From an uncultured Methanosarcinales archaeon (lineage in GTDB: Archaea > Nanobdellota > Nanobdellia > Woesearchaeales > JAGVZT01), in NCBI GenBank assembly GCA_964354685.1, contig CAYHAM010000001.1:2284-66283 (forward strand): a stretch of 64,000 nucleotides of DNA, given 5' to 3'. Both the position numbers and the translations under genes were made by a program. This document shows, one piece after another, positions 28,224-37,632 of the stretch (position 1 is the first letter of the stretch; each line of letters begins with the position of its first letter). Below the pieces are notes generated by a model, which saw only the letters and a list, made by a program, of their open reading frames with translations, was not told where the DNA came from and ran no database searches.

Positions 28224-29149
28224 GAAGGGTTTTGGTGACAGGTGGTGCTGGTTTTATTGGAAGTCATCTTTGTTGGTATCTGCTAAATAAGGGTGACTCT
28301 GTTATTTGTATTGATGATCTGAGCACAGGTAATAAAAACAATATTAAAGATTTTATGAAAAACAAGAATTTCTCTTTTATCAATCATAATGTAATTGAAC
28401 CAATAAAGATCAAAGGTAAACTTGATCAAATTTATCATCTTGCATCAAGGGCAAGCCCGCCAAACTATCAATCAGAACCAATCCATACCTTGCTTACAAA
28501 TGCAATTGGTACAGATAATTTGATAAAATTGGCATTAGAGAAGAAAGCTGTCTTGCTTTTTGCAAGCTCTTCTGAAGTTTATGGTCATCCAGAACAACAC
28601 CCTCAGAAAGAGAGCTATTGGGGTAATGTGAACCCAATAGGTGTTAGGAGCTGCTATGATGAAAGCAAACGATTTGGAGAAGCGTTGTGTATGGCTTATA
28701 TGCGCAAGCACAAGGCAAAGGTAAAGATTGCTAGGATCTTCAACACCTATGGACCTAAGATACAAGTAAATGATGGCAGAGTTGTTACAAACCTAATAAA
28801 TCAAGCTTTGAATAATAAGGATATGACTATATATGGTAATGGGAAACAAACAAGGTCTTTCTGCTATGTTGATGACATGATTGAAGGCATCTATAAGATG
28901 ATGAATTCTAACTTTATTGGTCCTGTAAACTTGGGTAACCCAGAGGAGTTTACTATTCTTGAACTTGCAAATATTATTAAGAGGTTGACAAATAGTAAGA
29001 GCAAGTTTGTTTTCAAGCCCTTGCCAAAGGATGATCCAATAAGAAGAAGACCTGATATAAGCCTGGCAAAGAAAGAGCTAGAGTGGGAGCCAAAGATCGG
29101 TTTGGAAGAAGGGTTAAAGAGGACTATTGATTACTTTAAGAAATCCTAA
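28220..29149 (+). CDS. uxs: UDP-glucuronate decarboxylase (UDP-xylose synthase)-like extended SDR
   Basis: RVLVTGGAGFIGSHLC...NPIGVRSCYDESKRFGEALCMAY closely matches UXS-family motifs. It is adjacent to ugd and overlaps the upstream gene by 4 bp. Confidence 0.7.
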   Translation: MRRVLVTGGAGFIGSHLCWYLLNKGDSVICIDDLSTGNKNNIKDFMKNKNFSFINHNVIEPIKIKGKLDQIYHLASRASPPNYQSEPIHTLLTNAIGTDNLIKLALEKKAVLLFASSSEVYGHPEQHPQKESYWGNVNPIGVRSCYDESKRFGEALCMAYMRKHKAKVKIARIFNTYGPKIQVNDGRVVTNLINQALNNKDMTIYGNGKQTRSFCYVDDMIEGIYKMMNSNFIGPVNLGNPEEFTILELANIIKRLTNSKSKFVFKPLPKDDPIRRRPDISLAKKELEWEPKIGLEEGLKRTIDYFKKS

Positions 29150-30923
29150 GCCCTGCTGTTAGTTCTGGCCATATATCAAACAAAGTGCTCGTTTCTTCTT
29201 CGCCTTGCTGTGCAGACAGATAGTATATACCATTATTTGATTCACAATTGTCTGAGGGAATATCTTCATTTGAACATATGTTTGTTTCAAAGTTTTCATA
29301 TTTGATAACCAGAAGGGTCTTTACTACTAATTCACATTCTGGCTCAATATACATTAAGTAAACATCCTTCACACCCCACCAAGTATTATCGTGAGCCCAT
29401 TCACCATCACAAGGTTCGTGCTCAAAGACCAGAACATTTGTGGAATCTTTATTAAGCAAATTTTTGTTTATCCTGAGAAATTTGTTTTTGCTCCATTCGT
29501 TATTATTAGTTACCTCTTTAAGTGTTTTTATTGTCTTGCCATTAATTTTTATATTTACACACTCATTGCTACCCTCAACATCCCAGAGCTTATACCTCAA
29601 AGTAAGATTTTTATTGAAAGCAGGGAAAGTGTATCTCATCCCGTTTTGATGGCTTCGATCACCATCAGTGATGTAACCATAAGCACCTGCTGAATCTGGG
29701 TTTATATCATGAAGGTATCTACAATAATCTTGTGTACGCAATGTTTCCTTTCTTGCCAAAACACTTTTAGATGAAATATTTGAGAGGTATATTGAGTTGT
29801 ATTGATGCGATTTTTCAACAATATCTATAACAAATTGATCTTCTATAGGATATCCATAAATTTCTGTCATTAAATCCTCATATGGTTCTTTAAGTAAACT
29901 ATTATGTTCAACTCTCCAATTATTAAAACCATTTAACACTATTGGGTTATTGTTTTCTTCACCGTAAATGAAAAGCTTGTATTTACTATTGTACCAAAGA
30001 TTACCATTAATTCCACATCTGTGAAACTGGCCATCTTGGTCTGAACCACACTCCTTATTATATCCCAGCATTGTGGTAAGATTTTCAACACTCATTCCTG
30101 GGTTTAGAGAGCTTCCGAATGCAACTAGGTTTTCATCAGGGGCTGTTAAAACACAAAAGTCGTTTAAACAATTAAATTGCTTGTTGGCATTTCCATAAGT
30201 ACAACTGTTTGGGCCAATGTTACCAATAACCTCTTGATAATAATTGAGCGCCTCATCATAATTCCCGCAGAAAAGAGTAAAATTATCAATTCCCCTTGAT
30301 TTTACTTCATGCAAAAGCTGTGTTGCCACATAACTTGTTCTTGTTGTCCATTCCCCATTTTCACAGAACTTGTCAAGGATGTATTGGTCATTGGTTATAC
30401 ACCTTGGTCCATATTTTACGTCTTCATAATCAAACCATTTTAATGGTTTATTGTTCAATATTCTTTGACCATTTGGCTGTACCAAGCAATCTGATGTGCT
30501 TGGACAACATCCATTATAACCTCCGTAGAAAACTGTTTTGAGGTAACAGGTATCACTATCTACTCCTTCTCTAAGACAAGCATCGTCCCTGCAACCATAT
30601 TGACAAGTATGATTAACATACCCATACCACCCATTACTTAAACATCTGTATTCTTTCAAAATTTGACCATTAAGGCAGGTATCCCATAAAACCTCATCGT
30701 AAACAAATGTTCCTGTACATGTATCTGGTCTGAGGGTTGTGTTAATCCAATTACTATGGCTGTTGTTAACATAGCTTTTTTGGTAATAATTCAATCCCCC
30801 ATCATGATCAGTACACCAACAACCGCACTTTGCACAATTTGGGCTAGCATATACATAAACAGATTGAAGTAACAAAGGTATTAACAAACATACCAAAACA
30901 AACAAACTTTTTTTATTAATCAT
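29136..30923 (-). CDS. Secreted cysteine-rich protein (about 40 Cys), function unknown
   Basis: Signal peptide MINKKSLFVLVCLLIPLLLQSVYVYA, multiple CxC/CC motifs, and a C-terminal lectin-like beta-rich region. Confidence 0.4.
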   Translation of the reverse strand: MINKKSLFVLVCLLIPLLLQSVYVYASPNCAKCGCWCTDHDGGLNYYQKSYVNNSHSNWINTTLRPDTCTGTFVYDEVLWDTCLNGQILKEYRCLSNGWYGYVNHTCQYGCRDDACLREGVDSDTCYLKTVFYGGYNGCCPSTSDCLVQPNGQRILNNKPLKWFDYEDVKYGPRCITNDQYILDKFCENGEWTTRTSYVATQLLHEVKSRGIDNFTLFCGNYDEALNYYQEVIGNIGPNSCTYGNANKQFNCLNDFCVLTAPDENLVAFGSSLNPGMSVENLTTMLGYNKECGSDQDGQFHRCGINGNLWYNSKYKLFIYGEENNNPIVLNGFNNWRVEHNSLLKEPYEDLMTEIYGYPIEDQFVIDIVEKSHQYNSIYLSNISSKSVLARKETLRTQDYCRYLHDINPDSAGAYGYITDGDRSHQNGMRYTFPAFNKNLTLRYKLWDVEGSNECVNIKINGKTIKTLKEVTNNNEWSKNKFLRINKNLLNKDSTNVLVFEHEPCDGEWAHDNTWWGVKDVYLMYIEPECELVVKTLLVIKYENFETNICSNEDIPSDNCESNNGIYYLSAQQGEEETSTLFDIWPELTAGLRIS

Positions 30924-30924
30924 C

Positions 30925-31443
30925 CTAAATTATAACCTCTTCAGCACCAACTATGCCTATTAATTCTGCTTCTAATGTGTTATCTTGATTCACCGTGTAG
31001 ATCATAGTTATAAGATCTCCTTCCTTTATCTCATTAAAATGATCTCCTTCAACAAGTCCAACACCTCCCATAACTATCCCCATTTCTGGGTCAACATTAT
31101 AATTAACTTTAGTATATCTCACATTATCAGAGACGTCAACTTGGAACCGTTCATAAGATGTATCCAAGGTTAAGGTTCTACCTTCAATCTTTATGACTTT
31201 AGCCCATGTGGTGTTCCTCTCATAAACAGAGCAGATTTCTCCGTTACAATCAGCCTTGACATAATCTTCTATTGGGAAACTTTCGCCAGGGTAATTCTCC
31301 ACCATTAATGTTTGTGATTCTGTGCTTGGCTCTTGAGGCTCTTCTGCTGGCTCTTCAACTAGTTCTTGTTTTTTGCACCCAGAGCTAGATAAAACTATAA
31401 AACCTAAGAAAATAATCGCAATCAACCTTTTGTCCATAAACAT
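30925..31443 (-). CDS. Small lipoprotein-like secreted protein
   Basis: AIIFLGFIVLSSSGCKKQ is a lipobox-like signal. It is acidic and 172 aa. Confidence 0.4.
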   Translation of the reverse strand: MFMDKRLIAIIFLGFIVLSSSGCKKQELVEEPAEEPQEPSTESQTLMVENYPGESFPIEDYVKADCNGEICSVYERNTTWAKVIKIEGRTLTLDTSYERFQVDVSDNVRYTKVNYNVDPEMGIVMGGVGLVEGDHFNEIKEGDLITMIYTVNQDNTLEAELIGIVGAEEVII

Positions 31444-31544
31444 CCTCTTTTTAATGATTATATATATATCAAGCTATCTAATATATAAAATTTGCTAAAT
31501 TTTTGATAAAAAGCTTTATATTTGCTTTTCAAATAACAAGATGT

Positions 31545-32261
31545 ATGGAATTAAACAATCTGACAATTATTGGTACATCTCATATTGCACAGCAGAGCAT
31601 CAATGAGATAAAACAAGCAATAGAAGACAAAAAGCCAGACATAATAGCTTTAGAGCTTGACAGCAAAAGGTTCTATGCAATAACACATCAAAGCAAAAAA
31701 TCTGGGTTCCCAAACATCTTTAAGATTGGTCTTAAAGGCTTCTTATTCTCTATTATTGGTAGATGGGTTCAAAAAAAGCTTGGCAAGCAGGTTGGCGTAG
31801 AGCCTGGTGATGAAATGCTAACAGCAATAAAGCTTGCAAAGAAGAACAAAATAAGTATTGCTTTAATAGACCAGGACATTGAAATCACTCTAATGAGATT
31901 CTCACAAGCATTATCATGGAAAGAGAAGTTTAGAATATTGCTTGACATAATAAAAGGGTTTTTATTTAGAGAGGGAGAGGTAAAAAGGCTTGGTTTTGAT
32001 CAAATAGATTTGAGCAAGGTGCCTAGCAAAAAGATTATCAAAAAGCTAATGCAAGAAGTCAAAGTTCGCTATCCAAACATTTACAAGGTTTTGGTTGAAG
32101 AAAGGAATATTGTTATGGCAAACCACTTGAGGCAGATAATACAACAAAACCCGAACAAAAAGATATTAACAATTATTGGTGCAGGACATGAGGATGCTCT
32201 TCTTGATTTGATAAAAAATGATAAAAATTCAATCAATTACACATTCAATGTTGCTATATAA
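31545..32261 (+). CDS. TraB/PrgY/GumN-family protein
   Basis: MELNNLTIIGTSHIAQQSINEIKQAIEDKKPDIIALELD matches the TraB family N-terminus. Confidence 0.65.
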   Translation: MELNNLTIIGTSHIAQQSINEIKQAIEDKKPDIIALELDSKRFYAITHQSKKSGFPNIFKIGLKGFLFSIIGRWVQKKLGKQVGVEPGDEMLTAIKLAKKNKISIALIDQDIEITLMRFSQALSWKEKFRILLDIIKGFLFREGEVKRLGFDQIDLSKVPSKKIIKKLMQEVKVRYPNIYKVLVEERNIVMANHLRQIIQQNPNKKILTIIGAGHEDALLDLIKNDKNSINYTFNVAI

Positions 32262-32308
32262 AAAATTAGACAAGATTTATATATAATTCTGAATTCCTTT
32301 GCTTTGCT

Positions 32309-32486
32309 GGGGACGTGGTGTAACCTGGCTAACATCGTTGGCTCCAGTCAGTGGAGAGCTGAGCTTAGGCTATGAAGAACAATTGGTGTGTTGTAAAAGG
32401 GAGACACCAACTGATCAGGGTTCAAATATGCTCGCTGGTGTTCGCACATTTCAAATCTAGGGGCTTTGAAAGTCCCTGCGTCCCCA
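32309..32486 (+). tRNA. tRNA-Trp(CCA) precursor, 178 nt, with two introns. One is canonical at 37/38 (32348..32405, 58 nt). The other is in the T-loop after nt 60 (32428..32473, 46 nt).
   Basis: Acceptor GGGGACG/CGTCCCC plus discriminator A. D-arm GTGT/ACAT. Anticodon stem GTTGG/CCAAC with loop CTCCAG. T-stem CAGGG/CCCTG with loop TTCAAAT. The mature length is 74 nt. Confidence 0.7.
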
Positions 32487-32532
32487 TTCTCTTAGTAAAA
32501 TTTATATATGATTCTCTTAAAAGCACATTCTC

Positions 32533-33678
32533 ATGCCAAAAAAAGAGGTTTACGAAGCTATAGCCACCTTAATTGGAACAGTTATTGGTGCTGGTGTTTT
32601 AGGCATTCCATATGTTGTTGCAAGCGCTGGTTTTCTTACAGGTTTGATAGTAATCTTTGTTATTTGTTGGGCAGTCACAATGATGTATTTATACTACGGA
32701 GAGATTGTCTTAAGGACAAAAAGCATACATCAGCTAACAGGTTATGCAGAAATATACTTAGGAAAATATGGTAAGTGGCTTGCCGCATTCTCTATGATTG
32801 TTGGGATTTACGGGGCTCTAATCGCTTATATCCTGGGTGTTGGAGAATCTTTAAAAGTAATATTTGGGGGTTCCCTAATCAGTTTTATCATACTCTTCTT
32901 TGTTTTTGTCGCACTATTGATCTATCTGGGCTTAACCGCTATAGAATGGTCTGAAGTAATTTTGATGTCTATGGTTGTTGGGACTATGGTGATTATAAGT
33001 TTACTAGCAGCACCCAGTGTTAACTTAAACAATCTAAATCACCTAAACCTTGCCAATATTCTCCTGCCATATGGCGTGATAGTATTTGCATTTCTTGGTA
33101 CCTCTGCTATTCCTGAGATGAGAGAAGAGCTTGTTAAAAATGAGAAACATCTCAAAAAAGCAATACTAATCGGGATGCTTGTTCCTCTTGTGCTATACTC
33201 TGTTTTTACATGTGTTGTTGTGGGTGTTGTCGGAGTTAATGGTTTTTCTATCTTAGGAGAGAATGAAAGAATAGCCACTGTTGCATTAGGCTCTTTTGTT
33301 GGAGAGCATATCTTTTTACTAGGGAATATATTTGCTGTGCTTGCTATGTCAACCTCTTTTCTTGTATTGGGGTTGGCACTAAAAGAGATGTTCATGTATG
33401 ATTATAAAATAAACAAAAACATTGCATGGGCACTAACCTGTTTTATACCTTTTACCATTGCTCTGAGCAAAATAACCAACTTTATACAGATAATAGGACT
33501 AACTGGTGCTCTAACAGGAGGAATAAATGCTTGTCTAATTGTGCTCATGTTTTGGGAGGCAAAGAAAAAAGGTAAGAGAAAGCCAGAATACACCTTATCA
33601 TCAAATAAAGCAATTGGTTTATTGATAATGTTCTTGCTCATATTGGGTACAGTCTATGGCTTCTTAGAATTTTTTTAG
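32533..33678 (+). CDS. Amino-acid permease-like membrane transporter
   Basis: 381 aa with about 11 TM helices. The N-terminus EAIATLIGTVIGAGVLGIPYVVASAG resembles the amino acid transporter families. Confidence 0.5.
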   Translation: MPKKEVYEAIATLIGTVIGAGVLGIPYVVASAGFLTGLIVIFVICWAVTMMYLYYGEIVLRTKSIHQLTGYAEIYLGKYGKWLAAFSMIVGIYGALIAYILGVGESLKVIFGGSLISFIILFFVFVALLIYLGLTAIEWSEVILMSMVVGTMVIISLLAAPSVNLNNLNHLNLANILLPYGVIVFAFLGTSAIPEMREELVKNEKHLKKAILIGMLVPLVLYSVFTCVVVGVVGVNGFSILGENERIATVALGSFVGEHIFLLGNIFAVLAMSTSFLVLGLALKEMFMYDYKINKNIAWALTCFIPFTIALSKITNFIQIIGLTGALTGGINACLIVLMFWEAKKKGKRKPEYTLSSNKAIGLLIMFLLILGTVYGFLEFF

Positions 33679-33686
33679 AAAGAGTT

Positions 33687-35189
33687 CTACTTTCTCATCT
33701 TGGATAAGGTAAATAAGAGGACAGTAAGTATTACAAATCCAATGAGGATATATAACAGATACATTGAAATATACTCTTTCAAGGCAATTAGGTATGGGTA
33801 AAGGTTTGATTTGTAATAGAATGCTAAAATTGCTAAAACTACAACTGCTATTAAGGCTACAACAATCAACCAACGCTTCTTTATCTCCTGTATAATTTTC
33901 AATTCTTTCTTTGATTTATTCTTTTTTGTTCCTTTTGTTGGTTTATTGTCTATTCTAATCTTAATTAAGATTAGAAGGAAAAGAATTGCAAAACCAAGGG
34001 CCATATAATAGAGATAGGTAATATACTTTGTCAGGTTCAGTTTCTCAATACCACTGACATTGATTGTCTGATTTATTTCTGGTTGGGTTATGTTTGTTGT
34101 TACATTAATTGTTTGGTTGGTTGTCATATTTGTCTCATTCACAAAAGGCGCAACCTCAACCATCTTGGCTCCTTTGTAGATTAGTAATGCTATTATAAGC
34201 AAAACAACAAATGCGATTATCGCTTTAAACACACTGCTTTTCAAAAATCTATCAACCTCAAATTCATTCTCTTTTGGTTTGATAATCTTTGGCTCCTTGA
34301 TCATCTCAACACCCTTGTAATAAGTGGTCTCTGCTGCAGAGACTGCAAAATAAATAAGGGCTATGAAAAGCAGCAGAGCTAGCAATATAACAAAAAATAT
34401 CAAAAGGGTTTTTATGCCTTTGGTAGAAGTTGGTGGGGCTGTTACATTATCAGAAACATTTGTCTGCTGAAGTGGTGGGCATGCATCTACATTCAGTTTT
34501 AAGGGTGCATCTGCATAAAAACCACTGCTTTGGGCAGTTAATCTGAATTTTGTGCTAAGTTCCCCATAAACATCACAAGGAAGGTTTATGTATAGTTTAA
34601 TATTTTGGGTTTTACCTGGTGCAAGGATTAAGGGATTAACAGTATTGGTTACAGCTGAACCAACACCATCTAAGAGCTTCATACTGTAAATCTCGTTGTA
34701 ATTGCCTGTGTTTGTAACCCAGAATTCAAACTCAAATGGTGTACAATTACACCCATACTGGGTTAGATTTTTAAAAACAACCCCCATGTTTGTGCATCTC
34801 CTTATATCCAAATTTTGGGTAATGGCCTGTGTTGTTGTGCTAGAAGCAACTTGAGTTACCAAAGAATAATCTCCATCAACATCACAGGGAGGATTTATCA
34901 GATTCTCGATTGTTGCTGATTCTCCTGATTCAAGGATTAATGTACTGGGAAAAAGGGTTGACCATTTTGCTGCAGTGCCTTGCTGAGTAATGTAAAAGGT
35001 ATCTACTATGCTCCCTTTGTTTTGTATAGTTATTGGGTTTGAGATTAAAGAGCAAGAACAACTTTGTAGGTCTGCACCTTGTGTAGAATCAGCATAGACA
35101 AGACTAATGCTCAACAAGAACAATAGGATAATCAAGCTAATTAATGGGTTTTTTGACATGGTAAAACCACCTAAGTTACTACTCAGCAA
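33687..35189 (-). CDS. Surface protein with a signal peptide, two repeated beta-rich domains (PCDVxGxY motif) and C-terminal TM helices
   Basis: Signal MSKNPLISLIILLFLLSISLVYA. Repeats are ...NPPCDVDGDYSL... and ...NLPCDVYGELST.... Three hydrophobic segments lie in the C-terminal half. Confidence 0.4.
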   Translation of the reverse strand: MLSSNLGGFTMSKNPLISLIILLFLLSISLVYADSTQGADLQSCSCSLISNPITIQNKGSIVDTFYITQQGTAAKWSTLFPSTLILESGESATIENLINPPCDVDGDYSLVTQVASSTTTQAITQNLDIRRCTNMGVVFKNLTQYGCNCTPFEFEFWVTNTGNYNEIYSMKLLDGVGSAVTNTVNPLILAPGKTQNIKLYINLPCDVYGELSTKFRLTAQSSGFYADAPLKLNVDACPPLQQTNVSDNVTAPPTSTKGIKTLLIFFVILLALLLFIALIYFAVSAAETTYYKGVEMIKEPKIIKPKENEFEVDRFLKSSVFKAIIAFVVLLIIALLIYKGAKMVEVAPFVNETNMTTNQTINVTTNITQPEINQTINVSGIEKLNLTKYITYLYYMALGFAILFLLILIKIRIDNKPTKGTKKNKSKKELKIIQEIKKRWLIVVALIAVVVLAILAFYYKSNLYPYLIALKEYISMYLLYILIGFVILTVLLFTLSKMRK

Positions 35190-35425
35190 TAGGTTCTAAT
35201 ATATATATCTTTCGGTTGGTATATTTATGAAGAATGATTAAAATAACTTTTTTTCTGATTTGGGGGAATAAGATATGTTTTTTTGAGGTTTGGGGGGTTT
35301 TTTAGAACTTAGAATTGAATCAGGGTGTTTATTTTTCCTTATTTCAAAGCCAATATTAGTGATATATAGGGAAGATTACGAAAAGTTTATAAACAAAAAT
35401 CAACTCCTAAACCAGGGGGTATTAT

Positions 35426-35614
35426 ATGGGAAGAATAAAGACAACACTAATAAAGCGAATCACCAACAAGCTAGTGAGAGAGCATAAAGACGAGTTTAAA
35501 AAAGATTTTGAGAGTAACAAGCAGTTGGTAACAAAGTTTGTAGATATCCCCTCAAAAAAGATTAGAAACGTGATTGCAGGATACGTAACAAGACTAGTAA
35601 AAACAAAAGAATAA
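35426..35614 (+). CDS. rps17e: Ribosomal protein S17e
   Basis: MGRIKTTLIKRITNKLVREHKDEFKKDFESNKQLVTKFVDIPSKKIRNVIAGYVTRL matches S17e. Confidence 0.85.
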   Translation: MGRIKTTLIKRITNKLVREHKDEFKKDFESNKQLVTKFVDIPSKKIRNVIAGYVTRLVKTKE

Positions 35615-35632
35615 GTAATGGAGGTATGAGAA

Positions 35633-35914
35633 ATGGGAGATGACAACTCTGTATTTATTGGAAACAAGCCTTTCATGAACTATGTAACTGCTGTTGTTAT
35701 GCAGTTTACAGTGAAGAACGCAAGTGAAGTTACAGTAAAGGCCAGAGGAAAGTTCATAGCACGAGCAGTTGATGTGTCAGAGGTTGCTACAAAAAGGTTT
35801 TTGGATGGACAAGCATTAGTCAAAGACATAAAGATTGATTCAGAGCAGTTTGAGAACAAGGAAGGCAAGGAAGTGAGAGTGTCAACAATTGAGATAACAC
35901 TTTTAAAGAAGTGA
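35633..35914 (+). CDS. albA: Alba DNA/RNA-binding chromatin protein
   Basis: NSVFIGNKPFMNYVTAVV...VTVKARGKFIARAVDVSEV...RVSTIEITLLKK matches the Alba family. Confidence 0.85.
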   Translation: MGDDNSVFIGNKPFMNYVTAVVMQFTVKNASEVTVKARGKFIARAVDVSEVATKRFLDGQALVKDIKIDSEQFENKEGKEVRVSTIEITLLKK

Positions 35915-35987
35915 TTGTTCACTGATTTTTGTTTTTTGCTTTATTATTTTAATTAAATTTATATATAAATCCAATATCTAATTCTAT

Positions 35988-36097
35988 GGGTCTGTAGCAT
36001 AACCAGGATAGTGCGGACGGCTTCGGACCGTTTGATCAGGGTTCGAATAGTTGGTAACCAAACAAAGTGTTACGACACGAAAGTCCCTGCAGGCCCA
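35988..36097 (+). tRNA. tRNA-Arg(TCG) precursor, 110 nt, with a 36-nt intron in the T-loop after nt 60 (36049..36084)
   Basis: Acceptor GGGTCTG/CAGGCCC plus A. D-arm GCAT/GTGC. Anticodon stem GACGG/CCGTT with loop CTTCGGA. T-stem CAGGG/CCCTG with loop TTCGAAT, interrupted by an intron that ends in GAAAGT. Confidence 0.7.
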
Positions 36098-36121
36098 TTT
36101 CTTTTATTTGAGTGTAGAACA

Positions 36122-36886
36122 ATGAAGGAGAAACTCTTTTTCAAAAACAGCAAAGGAAACAAACTCTGTGGAATATTATCAAACCCCACATCAAGTAAGG
36201 AAAAACCAATTATAATTCTTTGTCATGGATTTAGCACAAACAAGGATGCCAATACATATATGAGACTTGAAAAGACTCTAAATGATAAAGAGATATCTAC
36301 ATTTAGATTTGATTTTTATGGTCATGGAGAGAGTGAAGGCAAATTTGAAGATATAACAATATCAGAAGCTGTTGATGATGTTCTTAATGCAATCAAATTC
36401 ATAAGAGATTTAGGTTATAAAATGACTGGTCTTTTTGGCTCGAGTTTTGGTGGAATGGCATCAATAATAGCTGCTTCAAAGACAAATGGTCTGTTTGTTC
36501 TTGCATTAAAATCTCCTGTATCAGACTATTTAGGTAAAATTATTGCTGAAGAAAGGAAGGTCAGAATAAATGAGTGGAAGAAGAGGGGGGTTATTGAGTT
36601 TACAAGTAGATCCAGTGGTGCGAAAAGGCGGCTGAAGTATATATTCTTTGAAGATTCAAAAAAGAATGTAGGGCATAAAGCTGCTAAGAAAATAAAGATC
36701 CCAACATTAATTGTTCATGGGGATAAAGACGAAAGTGTTCCTATTGAGCAAAGCAAGAAGACAGCAAGTTTGATTAGAAATTGCAAATTGGAAATTATAA
36801 AAGGCGCAGATCACAGATATACAAATTCAAAAGATTTTGAGAAGATGATTGATTTGGTTACTAAGTTTATTGTAGAGAATTCTTAA
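36122..36886 (+). CDS. Alpha/beta-hydrolase-fold protein
   Basis: ILCHGFSTNKD...GHGESEG...LFGSSFGG is a GxSxG nucleophile elbow. The start was trimmed so that it does not overlap the tRNA-Arg. Confidence 0.65.
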   Translation: MKEKLFFKNSKGNKLCGILSNPTSSKEKPIIILCHGFSTNKDANTYMRLEKTLNDKEISTFRFDFYGHGESEGKFEDITISEAVDDVLNAIKFIRDLGYKMTGLFGSSFGGMASIIAASKTNGLFVLALKSPVSDYLGKIIAEERKVRINEWKKRGVIEFTSRSSGAKRRLKYIFFEDSKKNVGHKAAKKIKIPTLIVHGDKDESVPIEQSKKTASLIRNCKLEIIKGADHRYTNSKDFEKMIDLVTKFIVENS

Positions 36887-37382
36887 ATCTCTGCCTAGAT
36901 TCTAGGAAAAAGTGTTTGCTTTGTTTGTAATCAGTAAAGGTATGTTTAAAAGGGATAACATCTTTTTTCTTTAGAAGTAATAGCAAGTCAGCAAATATCC
37001 CTTTATTAAGATATATCCTGTGCGGAAGCTCTTTTGTGCTGGCAACAACAACATTGTTTAAGGTAATGTACCCCGGGTCAATATTTACCTGTCTTTTATT
37101 ATTTTTCTTAAATTTTTCTTCTAATTTCATTGTTTGTAATTTGATATCTGTTAAGCCTTTTCTATTAATTAGTTTTTTGAATAGAATAAATCTCTTTCTC
37201 AGATTTTTGCCCATCTCTTTTTCATAGTGTTTTGTAAAGGTGAAGTTAAACTCTTCTCCTTGTAATTCTATTTCCCCAAAATCTTTTTTTAATAATTCAA
37301 TAGCCTTATTATAGTGTTCAATGTTAGAATACATCATTCCTACAAAGAGTTTTGCTTTCATAAAATTGTTTTTCAAAAACAA
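36867..37382 (-). CDS. Hypothetical protein, 171 aa, basic
   Basis: No confident motif. Confidence 0.3.
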   Translation of the reverse strand: MFLKNNFMKAKLFVGMMYSNIEHYNKAIELLKKDFGEIELQGEEFNFTFTKHYEKEMGKNLRKRFILFKKLINRKGLTDIKLQTMKLEEKFKKNNKRQVNIDPGYITLNNVVVASTKELPHRIYLNKGIFADLLLLLKKKDVIPFKHTFTDYKQSKHFFLESRQRFKNSLQ

Positions 37383-37428
37383 ATATTTAAATCTTTAGGA
37401 ATTTATTTTTGTACTAGAAAGGCAAAAA

Positions 37429-37530
37429 ATGGCGCAGGAAGAGGTTTATCCTGAGGAAAGAAAGAGAAAACGTTACAAAATACGCTACAAGGTTGGTGGG
37501 CCACTGAGAACAATAAAAAGAAAGAAGTGA
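37429..37530 (+). CDS. Possible small basic protein (34 aa): MAQEEVYPEERKRKRYKIRYKVGGPLRTIKRKK
   Basis: Short ORF in a 250-bp gap between two minus-strand genes. It is K/R-rich like small ribosomal proteins. Speculative. Confidence 0.15.
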   Translation: MAQEEVYPEERKRKRYKIRYKVGGPLRTIKRKK

Positions 37531-37632
37531 AGCCCAACATGAATACTTGAGTTCATTGTTTGCTTAGCTCTATCAAACAACACCATATATATATTAGGCT
37601 GGAGAATATTAATAACTGCAAATTTAAAAAGC

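Noticed and set aside
32309-32486. A 178-nt structured RNA with paired termini (GGGGACG...CGTCCCCA) was considered as SRP/7S RNA.
   Set aside because: It lacks the conserved SRP helix-8 motifs. It folds cleanly as tRNA-Trp once two inserts are removed: perfect CCAAC anticodon-stem closure and a CAGGG/CCCTG T-stem with TTCAAAT loop.
36011-36121. The N-terminal 37 codons of the 36011..36886 ORF
   Set aside because: They overlap tRNA-Arg on the same strand. The alpha/beta hydrolase most likely starts at Met-38 (36122).
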